From assembly GCA_040954595.2 (NCBI GenBank), contig CM082587.2:10669403-10733402 (forward strand): DNA of 64,000 bases, written 5' to 3'. This stretch comes from Balanoglossus misakiensis (Eukaryota; Animalia; Hemichordata). Positions within the stretch are counted from its first letter, which is position 1, and every line of letters begins with the position of its first letter. This document shows, piece by piece, positions 50,901-59,963 of this stretch. The position numbers and the translations under genes are program-made. The notes beneath the pieces are model-generated. The model had not been told where the DNA came from. It saw nothing but the letters and a program-made list of their open reading frames with translations, and made no database searches.

Positions 50901-52124
50901 GACACACCAACGAACTCCCCCATCACGTTTTCTCACTAGTACTGGAGCAGAAGCCCACTCGGAAATAGAAGGTTGGATAACCCCTGCATCTAGCATCTTT
51001 TGAAGATGTGCCTCTTCTTCCTGCGCAAAACACATGGGTGTCCGGCGCATCCGCTGTTTGACTGGCTTGGAATCACCGGTGTCGATCTGATGTTGAATGG
51101 TGGTGAAGTTCCCCAGATCAAATTCGGTTTTGGCAAACACATCTTCATACTCGATAAGTAGATCTTGCACTCGAGCTTTTTCTTCATCTCGTAGATGGAT
51201 GCCAGACCTCTCCAAGAGATCATGAAGATGTACAGGGATTTCGTCCTCCTCTGTTTCTCCGTTCCTTTCCTTGCATTCGACAGGTTGAAGTGAAACAGCC
51301 CCTACCTCTACCGCATGAGCGATGACCTTGCCTCTTCGAAGGGTCACAAACTCATCAGTAGGGTTGACTATGCAAACTTTAGGTGTCTGTCCTCCTGAAT
51401 GGAGTGTACGTGGTATCAGTACCGGTAGATCTTCTGTTGATTCAACCACATACTCAGACATGGAGTCACGCATAGCACATGGCAGTCTAATTACAGTATT
51501 TGGGGGGATCCGTACCCTATGCAAGAGAGCGACTTTTGCGATCTTGGGTTCCCCTATTACTGTACCAAACTGCAAGGGTATTATTTCATCCTCAATCCGA
51601 AGAATGTTGTTGAGTAAATCTAGATGGACCCCATGAGACCTAACAAAGTCGATGCCTAGGAGCATTTCGTCCTCAATGGGAGCCACATAGACTCGCTCCG
51701 AGTATAGACCTTTTCCCAATCGGATGTCAACCGGACCCACCAAAAACCCCTTCATCTTCAGCTCCCTTCCGGCAGTTTGGAAGGTCACTTGGTTAATAAT
51801 GGGCGGTTTAACATCTAACTGGTCAAAGAACTTATCAGAAATGATAGTTACTTCCGAAGCAGTATCAATTATCGCTTGGGTATCATGTCCTTGTATCCGA
51901 AGTGGAACGCGGTACATTTTACCGGAACGCAATTGACAAATAGTTAACAATTCATGTGAATCGTTAACCCCATCTACGGAAGACAACGCAATGTTACCGT
52001 CTCCTACCACCCTCAAACCGTGGCGCTCCTTCCGAGTTACCTCTGGAGGAAACACCCCGCTCTTTTGGATGGATGAAGGGATAACATCACTATGATGGTG
52101 GTGGCCTGTCGATCTGGGGGTCAC
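47925..52124 (-). CDS. pol: Gypsy Pol: aspartic protease, reverse transcriptase, RNase H, integrase and C-terminal PHD finger (probably translated by -1 frameshift from gag near 52154)
   Basis: Protease IIDTASEVT. RT CVDYRALN, MPFGLCNAPATF and AFIDD. RNase H TDASD, KELLA and TDH. Integrase HHCC, HLD / TDQG / VER and WKGP. Terminal C4HC3 PHD finger. Confidence 0.97.
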   Translation of the reverse strand: MTPRSTGHHHHSDVIPSSIQKSGVFPPEVTRKERHGLRVVGDGNIALSSVDGVNDSHELLTICQLRSGKMYRVPLRIQGHDTQAIIDTASEVTIISDKFFDQLDVKPPIINQVTFQTAGRELKMKGFLVGPVDIRLGKGLYSERVYVAPIEDEMLLGIDFVRSHGVHLDLLNNILRIEDEIIPLQFGTVIGEPKIAKVALLHRVRIPPNTVIRLPCAMRDSMSEYVVESTEDLPVLIPRTLHSGGQTPKVCIVNPTDEFVTLRRGKVIAHAVEVGAVSLQPVECKERNGETEEDEIPVHLHDLLERSGIHLRDEEKARVQDLLIEYEDVFAKTEFDLGNFTTIQHQIDTGDSKPVKQRMRRTPMCFAQEEEAHLQKMLDAGVIQPSISEWASAPVLVRKRDGGVRWCVDYRALNDHTTKDVYPLPLIEECLDTLAGQTWFSKLDANSAYWQIRIKEEDQKKTAFTTKYGLFEFNRMPFGLCNAPATFSRVINLVLRGLTWDIVLAFIDDILVLGTSFDNHLTYLRKVFDRLRHYQLKLKPKKCDLFQREVVFLGRIIRNGNVELDKSSIRAVKDWPVPKNTKDVEKFLGLANYHRAFIKDFANTAVPLYGVTGKKAFIWGQEQQQAFDTLKEALLSAPVLALPSNTDPFILDTDASDFAIGAELLQVQNGEEKVISYGSYALTPEQRRYCTTRKELLAVVRFTRQYRHFLLGNQFTIRTDHSSLVWLLRFKDPQGQLARWLEELSQYNMTVQHRPGKKHSNADALSRQPHGEVCCDFSIEVRPGNLPCGGCYYCTRAHDNWARFTSDVDDVVPLVSFPYQGKDTESTLKVAQLQVTNQFPKWPWESDFICWDPLSPEDGTISDLDTMYPSVEIIKTVSSPKCCVVTRFHQDTQGSTFLGYTTKEIGQAQQQDADLIFLWPWLTSKVEPSSNEIFLSSPAAKYYWINRDIFFIENGTIWRKLDDSVTLVVPRSLQLEVVELNHNIPAAGHQGITRTQAKLREKYFWYGMSRDITRFITSCSVCATSKKPVRRSRFPLTKFHAGAPMERVHLDFLGPLPQTARGNECVLVMVDQFTKWVECIPLPSQTAEITAHAAVENFFSRFGYPFEICTDQGANFESKLFSAICDVLHIHKTRTTPYRPSANGQVERANRSIMDAVRCFVDKTQRNWDVYLSQIAGALRSCINRHTGFTPNKLMLGREVNQPSDLVFGLSSVKGKEPQDHVCELESAIKLAHEIARTKLQSTQEVMKRNYDLRVNLYSYEVGNCVYMLESAVGKGKSRKLSRPWKGPGIIINKLTPYLYKVKFQRAIVTAHHDRLKLCRSRDLPQWVMRYQENLKRHSTGKAEIADVSSTLYCVCRKPYRGEFMIQCDACSEWYHGHCVGVTTRDARRISVYTCPACS

Positions 52125-52160
52125 CTCCAGGCCTAATCGGTGGACCCCTTCCCGTTTGGG
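52103..52160 (-). promoter_or_regulatory. Programmed -1 ribosomal frameshift signal (slippery heptamer plus H-type pseudoknot)
   Basis: C CCA AAC in the gag frame (52160-52154), 5-nt spacer, stem 1 GGGGTCCACC/GGTGACCCC, and loop GGCCTG pairing with downstream CAGGCC. The pol frame is -1 and open across this site. Confidence 0.8.
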
Positions 52161-54172
52161 GGTTCCGAAAAGGATACCCTACGCTCTGGGGAGGTGAAGC
52201 GACGTGAAGGTGAGGCAGTGCAGTCCCGTTGAAAATGTCCAGGTTTTCCGCAGCGGTAGCAGTTGGACCTACTGGGAGAAGGAGATCTTGATCGTGCACT
52301 AACCAAACCCTCAAGTTGAAGAGCCATCTTATTTAAGGTAGATGTAAGGTCCGCTAGGTGGCGCTCCATTCGTGACATCCGTCGCTCCACTTCACCAATG
52401 GGGGAGGCCTGCTTTGACGTCCCTGGAGGGGTGGTAGACATGGCTTTTACCTCAATAGCTTCCTCCCCGGTCTGAGGAGAATCCTGGCTTACATACCGAA
52501 CCCGAGGTGGTGGTGGTCGGTCAAAAATGGCTCGGCGGTTGTATTGATGCCATTTTATTAGGTTGATAGCCTGTTCCATCGACCGAGGGTAGTTATTGGC
52601 GGCATACTGCCCAGCGTGCTTGTCAATACACCCCTGACAAAAACGTAAAACAGCCTGTTCCATCATAAATGAATCGGATACTCTGCTGTATGCGTTGGTA
52701 GCTACAGTTAGGATCCTATCAGCCCATTTGTTCAGAGGCTCGTTGGGTTCCTGTTTCTGTTGCAGGAAATCCAAATGGGCTGTCTCTGGCAGTTCTTTAT
52801 AACCAAAGCGTTGCTCCAGTTTGAGCAACAGATCCATGTAACGAATATTCGGTTCGTTCTCCAGAATGATGGTGTAACAGTCCCCAGCTTCTCCATCCAG
52901 ACACCAGCACAGTTGTTCACGTCGTACATCAGCTGACCAACCCTGGGAAGTTGCATATTTGGAAAATCTCATGACAAAGGATTTCCAACTTCCCTCCCCA
53001 TTAAAATACAGATTTTTGGGGAAATGCCGGGGTTGGATAGCGTCTGCCCCCTGATGTCTTGGTGCATGGACTCCTGGAAGGGTATTTTCGGAATGAACAT
53101 TCTGTCTTGAAGATGTCCCAGCAAGCATGCCTGGCGTCAACCCATATGCCCGGTCACCCGCTCCAAAGTGTTGCGAAGTTGCAGACGGAACATTCATAGG
53201 CGGATTAGCTGTTCTATCCAATGAATGTAGACCCTGGGTGAATGTATGCGGTGCACTGCCATGCACAGATGATGATGGCATTCCAGGGTGAGCTATAGGA
53301 TGACCAGTATAGGATTGCGCCACCATCGGTGGTAGGGTGACAGGAAAATACCCACCCAACGATGGAACAAAATGCCACTGGACAGAGGAGGTTTGTGGGC
53401 CAGACCGCTCTCCACAATACGGAACCGATGGTGGAACACCCCGGGGGTGTCCAGTCACAGGCACCGATTGCTGAAAAGCAGAAGGGGTCACAACAGTTCC
53501 TGGTGCAGCTGGAACAGGTGATTGCAAACGAGAATGTGACCATGGGGTATTAACCACCGGAGCTGATTGTCGTGCATAAGTGGGCAGCGCAGAGGTCGTC
53601 ATCGTTTCCATCAGTGGAGTGCTGCCGGTGACTTGTGGTGTACGCAGTGATCTTCTAGGAACCGTTCCGGATGCTGGAGTGAACGCGACGGATGGTGCAG
53701 CAATTGCAGACCCTGGTGGGACCATGACCGCTGGGCCCGCGCACGCAAAATCATCATCAAATGACATCTGTCCAACATCCGACCCAGGACCATCCAGACC
53801 ACGCACAACACTCCTCCTTGATGACGGTGGCATGGATAACTCATCAATCTTCTTTACCACGTTATCGATGATAGGATCCCTCCGCGATGACCTTGGGGTT
53901 GCTGGAGGTTCGGGCAGCTTAGCCGGTGAAACCATGAAGCTTGCATCCTCCAATTCCACATCGGATGGCGGCCCGAACGGTGAAAAATCGACACGAGCCT
54001 TGAAATCTTCCGAGATGTTGATGTGGGGCAGGGCCAGAACATGTTCCCATGTAAGGTTTCCCATCCGTTCTCGTTCAGTTAGCAAGGTGTTGGCCGATGC
54101 TCTTCCAATCCCATAGATGGTAATCAACTCATCCAAAGTACAGTGGTTAATGTACACCCTAGCCATTGTCAC
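52133..54172 (-). CDS. gag: Gypsy Gag with N-terminal ComEA-like helix-hairpin-helix, capsid-like region and CCHC zinc knuckle
   Basis: N-terminal VYINHCTLDELITIYGIGRASANTLLTERERMG. Capsid-like FNGEGSWKSF...QEPNEPLNKWADRI. Knuckle CYRCGKPGHFQRDC. Confidence 0.92.
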   Translation of the reverse strand: MTMARVYINHCTLDELITIYGIGRASANTLLTERERMGNLTWEHVLALPHINISEDFKARVDFSPFGPPSDVELEDASFMVSPAKLPEPPATPRSSRRDPIIDNVVKKIDELSMPPSSRRSVVRGLDGPGSDVGQMSFDDDFACAGPAVMVPPGSAIAAPSVAFTPASGTVPRRSLRTPQVTGSTPLMETMTTSALPTYARQSAPVVNTPWSHSRLQSPVPAAPGTVVTPSAFQQSVPVTGHPRGVPPSVPYCGERSGPQTSSVQWHFVPSLGGYFPVTLPPMVAQSYTGHPIAHPGMPSSSVHGSAPHTFTQGLHSLDRTANPPMNVPSATSQHFGAGDRAYGLTPGMLAGTSSRQNVHSENTLPGVHAPRHQGADAIQPRHFPKNLYFNGEGSWKSFVMRFSKYATSQGWSADVRREQLCWCLDGEAGDCYTIILENEPNIRYMDLLLKLEQRFGYKELPETAHLDFLQQKQEPNEPLNKWADRILTVATNAYSRVSDSFMMEQAVLRFCQGCIDKHAGQYAANNYPRSMEQAINLIKWHQYNRRAIFDRPPPPRVRYVSQDSPQTGEEAIEVKAMSTTPPGTSKQASPIGEVERRMSRMERHLADLTSTLNKMALQLEGLVSARSRSPSPSRSNCYRCGKPGHFQRDCTASPSRRFTSPERRVSFSEPPNGKGSTD

Positions 54173-55511
54173 AGTTCACAATCTTAATTTACACAAGCCT
54201 TGGATGCAAAAACTTGAGCAAATTAAATTACCCTCTGATATGTTTAAACAAATCTAGAAATTTTCTTTAAACTTGAGAAAACTATCAGTTAATAGATTTA
54301 TACAAGTCTAACTAGTAAACTTGGAAAATCTATATGTTACTAACTGAATTCAATCTAAATTTAGACAAGTCCCCAAAAAGCCAAGAAATTCGGAAAAATC
54401 AAGCGAAGTGTCACTATGCAATCACACAAGCCACAGATTTCTCCACGAACTTGAATAAAGTGACGACACAGATCCAAATCCCCAATTCTAATCAATCTCA
54501 AAGCTCCTCAAAAACTTGAAGAAACTCGATAAATTCAGTACAGGGAAAAGGGACAAGTGCTGTTTTTCTCGTGGGAAGACTTTTTTTTCAAAAAGGCCGA
54601 AACAATTGCACAGAAAAAATTCCTACACTCTTGGATACAAGCACGAATTGCAGGACCCTAACAGTGGTAGAAATCTCCTGAACCCTTGCAGTAATTGTGA
54701 TATGCGATCACCCACTTTCAGGATGACCACAAATTATCACTACTGCAATATTACCCAAATGACCCACAAGGAAAATGCTCTCAGTGATAGAAGAAATTAT
54801 TGACCTGTTATATTTGTTGGTCGGTTTTTTTTTATTACTAGAACGTAACAATATTTTCGACCTGTTATATTTGTTGGTCGTTTTTTTTTTTTTTTTTAGT
54901 ACTGGAAATATCTAAGCTATCCCAGAAATATGCAACAATAACGAAGATATCCAGTAACAACAGAGTCAACGCTTCAAACTAAAATTCAAATTACCAGGTG
55001 GTAGGTAAATTTGCACAAGAATGACTGAATTCCCGCGTCAAACGCTATTCAAAGAAAAATTCCCGCTCCACAAATGTTATGCAATCTCTCAGCGAAATGC
55101 TTTCAAAAATAATCCCGACAAAAATGCAGTAAATAATCCACACAAATGCCGACACAGGAAGATTTAATTCAACAAAACGCATGAAAAACTACACACAAAC
55201 GCTGCACCGGAAAGTTCTAGGTTTCACGAATGACAAGAATTCCCAAACTCAAGTACAAAAAAACCCGAAACTAAATAAGCAAATTCCCGCACACACTTTC
55301 ACTTCCAACACAATTACTTACGATCCTTTGGTGATACGGAAAATCTGCTCACTCAGGTAAATCACACAAGCTACTCAAATTCACCGATGAGCACCAGTAC
55401 AGAAACACCACAGTCTCCGGGTAATTTTTTTTTTTCCTTTTACTTTTTCCGCCCGAAAACAATGGGTCTTGTACTTACCCACTCCCCTCAAAAATTCCGC
55501 AGGGAAGAAGT

Positions 55512-55525
55512 TGCTCGCAGCGCCA
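55512..55525 (-). other. Primer-binding site, probably tRNA-Ser
   Basis: Minus strand TGGCGCTGCGAGCA lies 1 nt inside the 5' LTR boundary. It is complementary to a Ser-type tRNA 3' end (...UGCUCGCAGCGCCA); isoacceptor not verified. Confidence 0.75.
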
Positions 55526-55526
55526 A

Positions 55527-55821
55527 TGTAGCGTTTTCCCCAACTTCAACGCCACGGAAAGGTTTCCCTAGTCAATGCCCGTAACGCATACTCACCTAGT
55601 TGAGTGCGTGCAGGCGGTCCGGGTCCAGAGCAAGTAGAGCGTGTAGCACCAGACCATGGACGAGACGAGAGAGAACCCCGACTTCCGGTCCCACGGTGTT
55701 ATATATACCCTTCACGGGGTCACGTGACAGGTCACATAAGGGTCACCACCTAATCAGCATTTCCACAGGAATCTCCAGGCACTGGCATACTCCAGGTGAG
55801 GTTTTCTCCAGAAATACCACA
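55527..55821 (-). repeat. 5' LTR (295 bp) with TATA box and candidate splice donor
   Basis: Direct repeat of 44848-45142. Minus-strand TATATATAA at 55707-55699, palindrome GTCACGTGAC at 55719-55728, and AG|GTGAGT at 55595. Confidence 0.95.
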
Positions 55822-55926
55822 GACCTTCTGACCTTCACACAGCTGATTTGCTCGCTATTGTTCACAACCATAACAACGCTCCGGCTTTCGAATTTTTCTA
55901 CAAACTGTTTTACCAAACGTCCCACA

Positions 55927-58900
55927 ATGAAGTACGCTTTATTCGACTTCTTCGAAGAACAAACTATTGAAGTAGGCGAGACGGCATGGATTGAGGATCT
56001 CGATGAACAGGACGCTAATGAGTTCGATTTGGAAGAAGAATGCGTCGTCTTGTGGCCAACGAAGAAACAAGGAAAAGGTTCTGCGACTTTGAGATATGCG
56101 GCTAGAGTGATCAAGTTCAGCGGTAAGAACTGTTTCCAAATTCTAAAACACTATGAAAGTTTTTCCAGTTGTAAACTTTTTGAAATACTTAGTCGTGCTG
56201 AAGGTGTTTCATTTCAAAAGTTTGAATTACCCGCCGTTTCCATTAAGTGTAAATACAGCACACATCTTGTTTACTTCCTGTCCATTGTTTTAAATTTGCA
56301 TAATAAAAGAGTTGCCACCAGGGACTTACATGTGTAACAGTGTTGCCCTGGTAATAATTGCGCAGAAGTTGTGATATTTTTGTTCTTCTTTCTAGATGAC
56401 AAACAACAGCTGTTGCGTCTTGCAAACGTATATGCCAAGAAGGGAATTGATGCATCTGTGACACTGAAGACTCCAGAATATGGTCGTGGCAAGCGCGAGA
56501 AGGCACCAAAGCGAATTATAAGTGACACTGAAGATGATGAGGAGGAGGAGGAATGTGTACCGGTAAGTTGATCTCTAAGATGGCATGTTAGTGTAGCTGT
56601 ATTCAATTCCTTTGCAATGCAGGGATTGATTTGTGATGTTATTCCTACACACAATGCACATTGGATTTTGAATCTATACCGCCACATGTCATCATGTGAT
56701 GATTTACCTGGACAAGTGTGTCCTATGCTAATGTCCACCTGTACCTAAGCAAAATTAACTTGCATGAGATCAGTGCGAATATGCACAGAAATATTTCAGC
56801 ATCATCTTGGGTGAATAACAGGTGCTCAATATAATTGTACACGTCTTTTGATACTTTCCAGCAAATCTCAAGAAAGAAGAAAAAGTCAATCAACAAGGAC
56901 CTGTCGTTAAGTCTCCTGAGGAAAATAAATAACAAAAAGCCAGTGCATTTAAAGAAAAAAATGGAGAGTGATGTCAACTCTGTCCTCTCAGTAAGTACTG
57001 TCAATAAGAGAGGTTAAGTTACTGCAGTCTGCGCACATTTCATTATGATTTAACTTAGTGAATTTCTTAGTTGAATTCCATCATTTTATCTTAAATTGTT
57101 ATCATGCATTTCTCTTGTTTGAATACTTCTTTTAGTTTAATTAATTAGTGTTTGTACCTGTAGTTTATTTCCTAACACATTGTATTGTTTATAACCCAAG
57201 CTGTTATGATTCCTGACCCAAGCTGTGAAGATAGTTATGACTATACTAAGTATCAGTTTCTCACATGTATCACATCAGAGCTAATAGCCAATCACATTAC
57301 AGTGCAGGGTATTGATACATATTCCTTACATTCCAGAGTGCCAGTTCCTCTTCATCGACATTTGACTCAGGAGAAGACTTGCGCCAAGAAAATAGGGCTT
57401 TAAGAGCAGAAAATGTTGCTCTTCGCAACACAATCACAGTCTTAAGAGGTAAGATAATATATTGTTGGACTGTCAATTATGTCTTTGCTGTATTGGTTCA
57501 GTTTAATAAACTGCTTAATTCGGGTGATTCCTAGAATATTAGCTTTGTGCTTTTGACCGCCTTTTTAGCTATTGGCCTAGGTGATAAATGGTGCTGGGAT
57601 TTAAATCAAATTCTTCTCTTATGGCCAGACATATGATGTTCAGTAAGGACTGAAATTGTGATGATTGAGCTCAATTAGTGTCTAGAAGCAGTAAATGGAT
57701 AGATTCTTCAGGAGCGGAATTGACAATTATATCGATACAAATCCTTCTTTTGAGGTATATTAACACTATTTTTTGTGTTTCTCAATGATACAGAGTTACC
57801 TAGCCTGATTGGTCAGATAGCGGAGTTAAAAAAGTCTTCTGGTAGTGGTGTAAAATTAGCAAGTCCAAGCAATGTTGCCTCGGTGGACAGTCAAGAGGTA
57901 TGTCATTATTATTAATTTTAATTTGACTATTGGCTCTTCAAGGGACAAAGTCTCTCCCTCGCTACCCCTTTTCCATTAATTATGCTTGATACAAGACACT
58001 GTTATGTTATTCTACATGTGGATATATAGTGAATTAATGTTCGACCAAACACAACTCTATCCCGTTTGTAGGATATGAGAGTAAAAATCTAGCCCAAATG
58101 AATAAATGGTTAACACCGATTATTCATTTTGGTGAGTTTCTTCACTCTTGTGTGTACAAGTGGGATGGAAGTTGTGTGTGGTTGAACGTTCATTCATTAT
58201 ATATCAACATGTAGAATAACATAACCGGTATCTTGTATCAAACATAATTAATGGAAAAAGGGCAGCTAGAGAGAGACTTTTTCCCTCTAATGAATTGAGA
58301 CACAATCACTTTAAAAAACTTACCTTACTTTTCAATCACTAACAAGTTGTCTGTGATGCAAATTCAGTCCATCATATGTCATATGCATACGAGAGCATTC
58401 CATAGACATTTTTCTGGTATAATATGTTCTAGTGAAAGTTTAATAATGGTACTTGGATTGATATTTTGGTTTATGTGTCTTTCTTTGGTTTTGTATTTGG
58501 CAAGTTGGTCAAAATATTGTTTCATGATGAAATCTTCCATTTCTGTTTACCATTTCCCCAATACAACTACATCATTATTTTTTTTTCAGATTACAGTTGA
58601 TGGTAAGGTTCTGGTGACTGCACAGCAGCTGAGATGCTGTGACAATTCGTCATAAAAAAAAATGACATACGATTTAATGAACGTTTTGTTCGATAAAGAA
58701 ACAATGAGAAGCCACTCATATAGTGGTCGTGTTTGTAATGCGGTGCCTGGCAGTGTAGCCAAGCCAGCGCTGAATGCTGAAAAGCTAAATGCCCTGAAAG
58801 GTATGTATCTGATGTGTTACTTCAATTTATCCAATGTGTTGCACCTTGAAAACTGTTGAGCTAAAATTGTCAGTTTTAGGAATTTTTGGGTGTTTATAAA

Positions 58901-59221
58901 TTTAACATCTATGGAGTTGCCAATGTTTAACACATTTTTTTTTAATTTGTACTATCATGGGCCAAGTAGAAATCCAGTTTGCTCATATTGGTGTTTCTGC
59001 AATCTTTGTAGTGTAAATTGGTAAATTCAAAACAGATTAAATTATGAAATATTTAAATTGAGATTGGGTGTGTGCAATATTTCAGTAATGGAAAATTGTT
59101 CAGATATTTATTTCTGGTTTTTCTCTCCACAGATTACATATGTAGCAAATTCGGCTGCAAGAAGGCAGAAGTGGAGCAACATATCAAAATGAAAATGTAT
59201 TCTGAATCCAAACACAAGTAG
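55927..59221 (+). pseudogene. CACTA accessory gene encoding a coiled-coil plus BEN-domain protein, 7 exons, 335 codons, with one in-frame TAA
   Basis: Exons 55927-56122, 56396-56562, 56862-56990, 57337-57448, 57794-57897, 58590-58800 and 59133-59221, all GT-AG with matching phases. BEN-like DLMNVLFDKETMRSHSYSGR...KPALNAEKLNALKDYICSKF. TAA at 58653-58655. AATAAA at 59241. Confidence 0.8.
57935..58290. repeat. Long imperfect inverted repeat (fold-back) in intron 5 of the BEN gene
   Basis: Arm 57941-58070 (agggacaaagtctctc...atcccgtttgta) is reverse-complementary to arm 58156-58286 (tacaagtgggat...gagactttttccct). Confidence 0.85.
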
Positions 59222-59454
59222 CAGATTTAGTTTAGTTAAAAATAAATAGTGAAAGTAGTGAGGTTTTTTTAGTATTATTATTTAGTTTTTGCTTTGAAAT
59301 TTGTTTTTTTTAAATGTATTCTTTTTTTCAGTTATTTGTAATAAAAATGTTTTTTCATTATAATTTTATGTGTTCTTTCATTTTTTTAATGTTTCACTGC
59401 TTCATCCATTTGGCGTGACAAGAACAATATACATGCATCAGAATGCAATGAAAT

Positions 59455-59963
59455 TCCCATAGAAATTGTATAGAAAAAAAAATAATTTCTATTCCTCTTC
59501 TATAGAAATTCGATAGAATGTTGATAGACACCTATTGCTCATCTGTAGAATTTCAATGAAGGTTCTTTTGAATATCTATAGATCTCTATTGATATTCAAT
59601 AGAAATCAGTGGCTCCTCGATTGAAATTCCATAGATTACCCATTGAACTTAGTCGATTTTCCATTGAATTTCCATTTAATTCTATTCTTTTTCAATTGAA
59701 TATCTATAGATCTCTATTGATATTCAATAGAAATCAGTGGCTCCTCGATTGAAATTCCATAGATTACCCATTGAACTTAGTCGGTTTTCCATTGAATTTC
59801 CATTTAATTCTATTCTTTTTCAATTGAATTTTGATGGAAAAGGGGCCAAATGTCCATAGAAGTCAACAGAATTTCAATAGATTTTCTATCTAGTATCTAT
59901 TGATTTTATGAAGAAATTTCAATTGAAAAGGGATGGAAAATCTATAGAACTTTTTCGTAAGGG
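59455..59963. repeat. Right subterminal repeats and terminal inverted repeat of the CACTA element, including a 128-bp tandem duplication
   Basis: TCTATAGA/TCTATTGA motifs. 'tatctatagatctctattgatattcaatag...' occurs at 59573 and 59701. Confidence 0.85.

Larger units (their letters stand above)
44848..55821 (-). mobile_element. Full-length Ty3/Gypsy LTR retrotransposon with gag, pol and a third TatD-domain ORF
   Basis: 295-bp direct repeats with TG...CA ends. GACC duplication at 44844-44847 and 55822-55825. Primer-binding site, polypurine tract and PR-RT-RH-IN domain order are all present. Confidence 0.97.
39758..59963 (-). mobile_element. CACTA/EnSpm (CMC superfamily) DNA transposon, about 9.2 kb without the nested Gypsy
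   Basis: Terminal inverted repeats CCCTTACGAAAAAG(G)TTCTATAGA. 2-bp TG duplication at 39756-39757 and 59964-59965 inside a satellite monomer. TCTATAGA/TCTATTGA subterminal repeats. EnSpm-type transposase. Confidence 0.92.

Noticed and set aside
45414-54116. Numerous short antisense and alternative-frame ORFs over gag, pol and ORF3
   Set aside because: Expected shadows of long GC-richer coding sequence, with no recognisable motifs.
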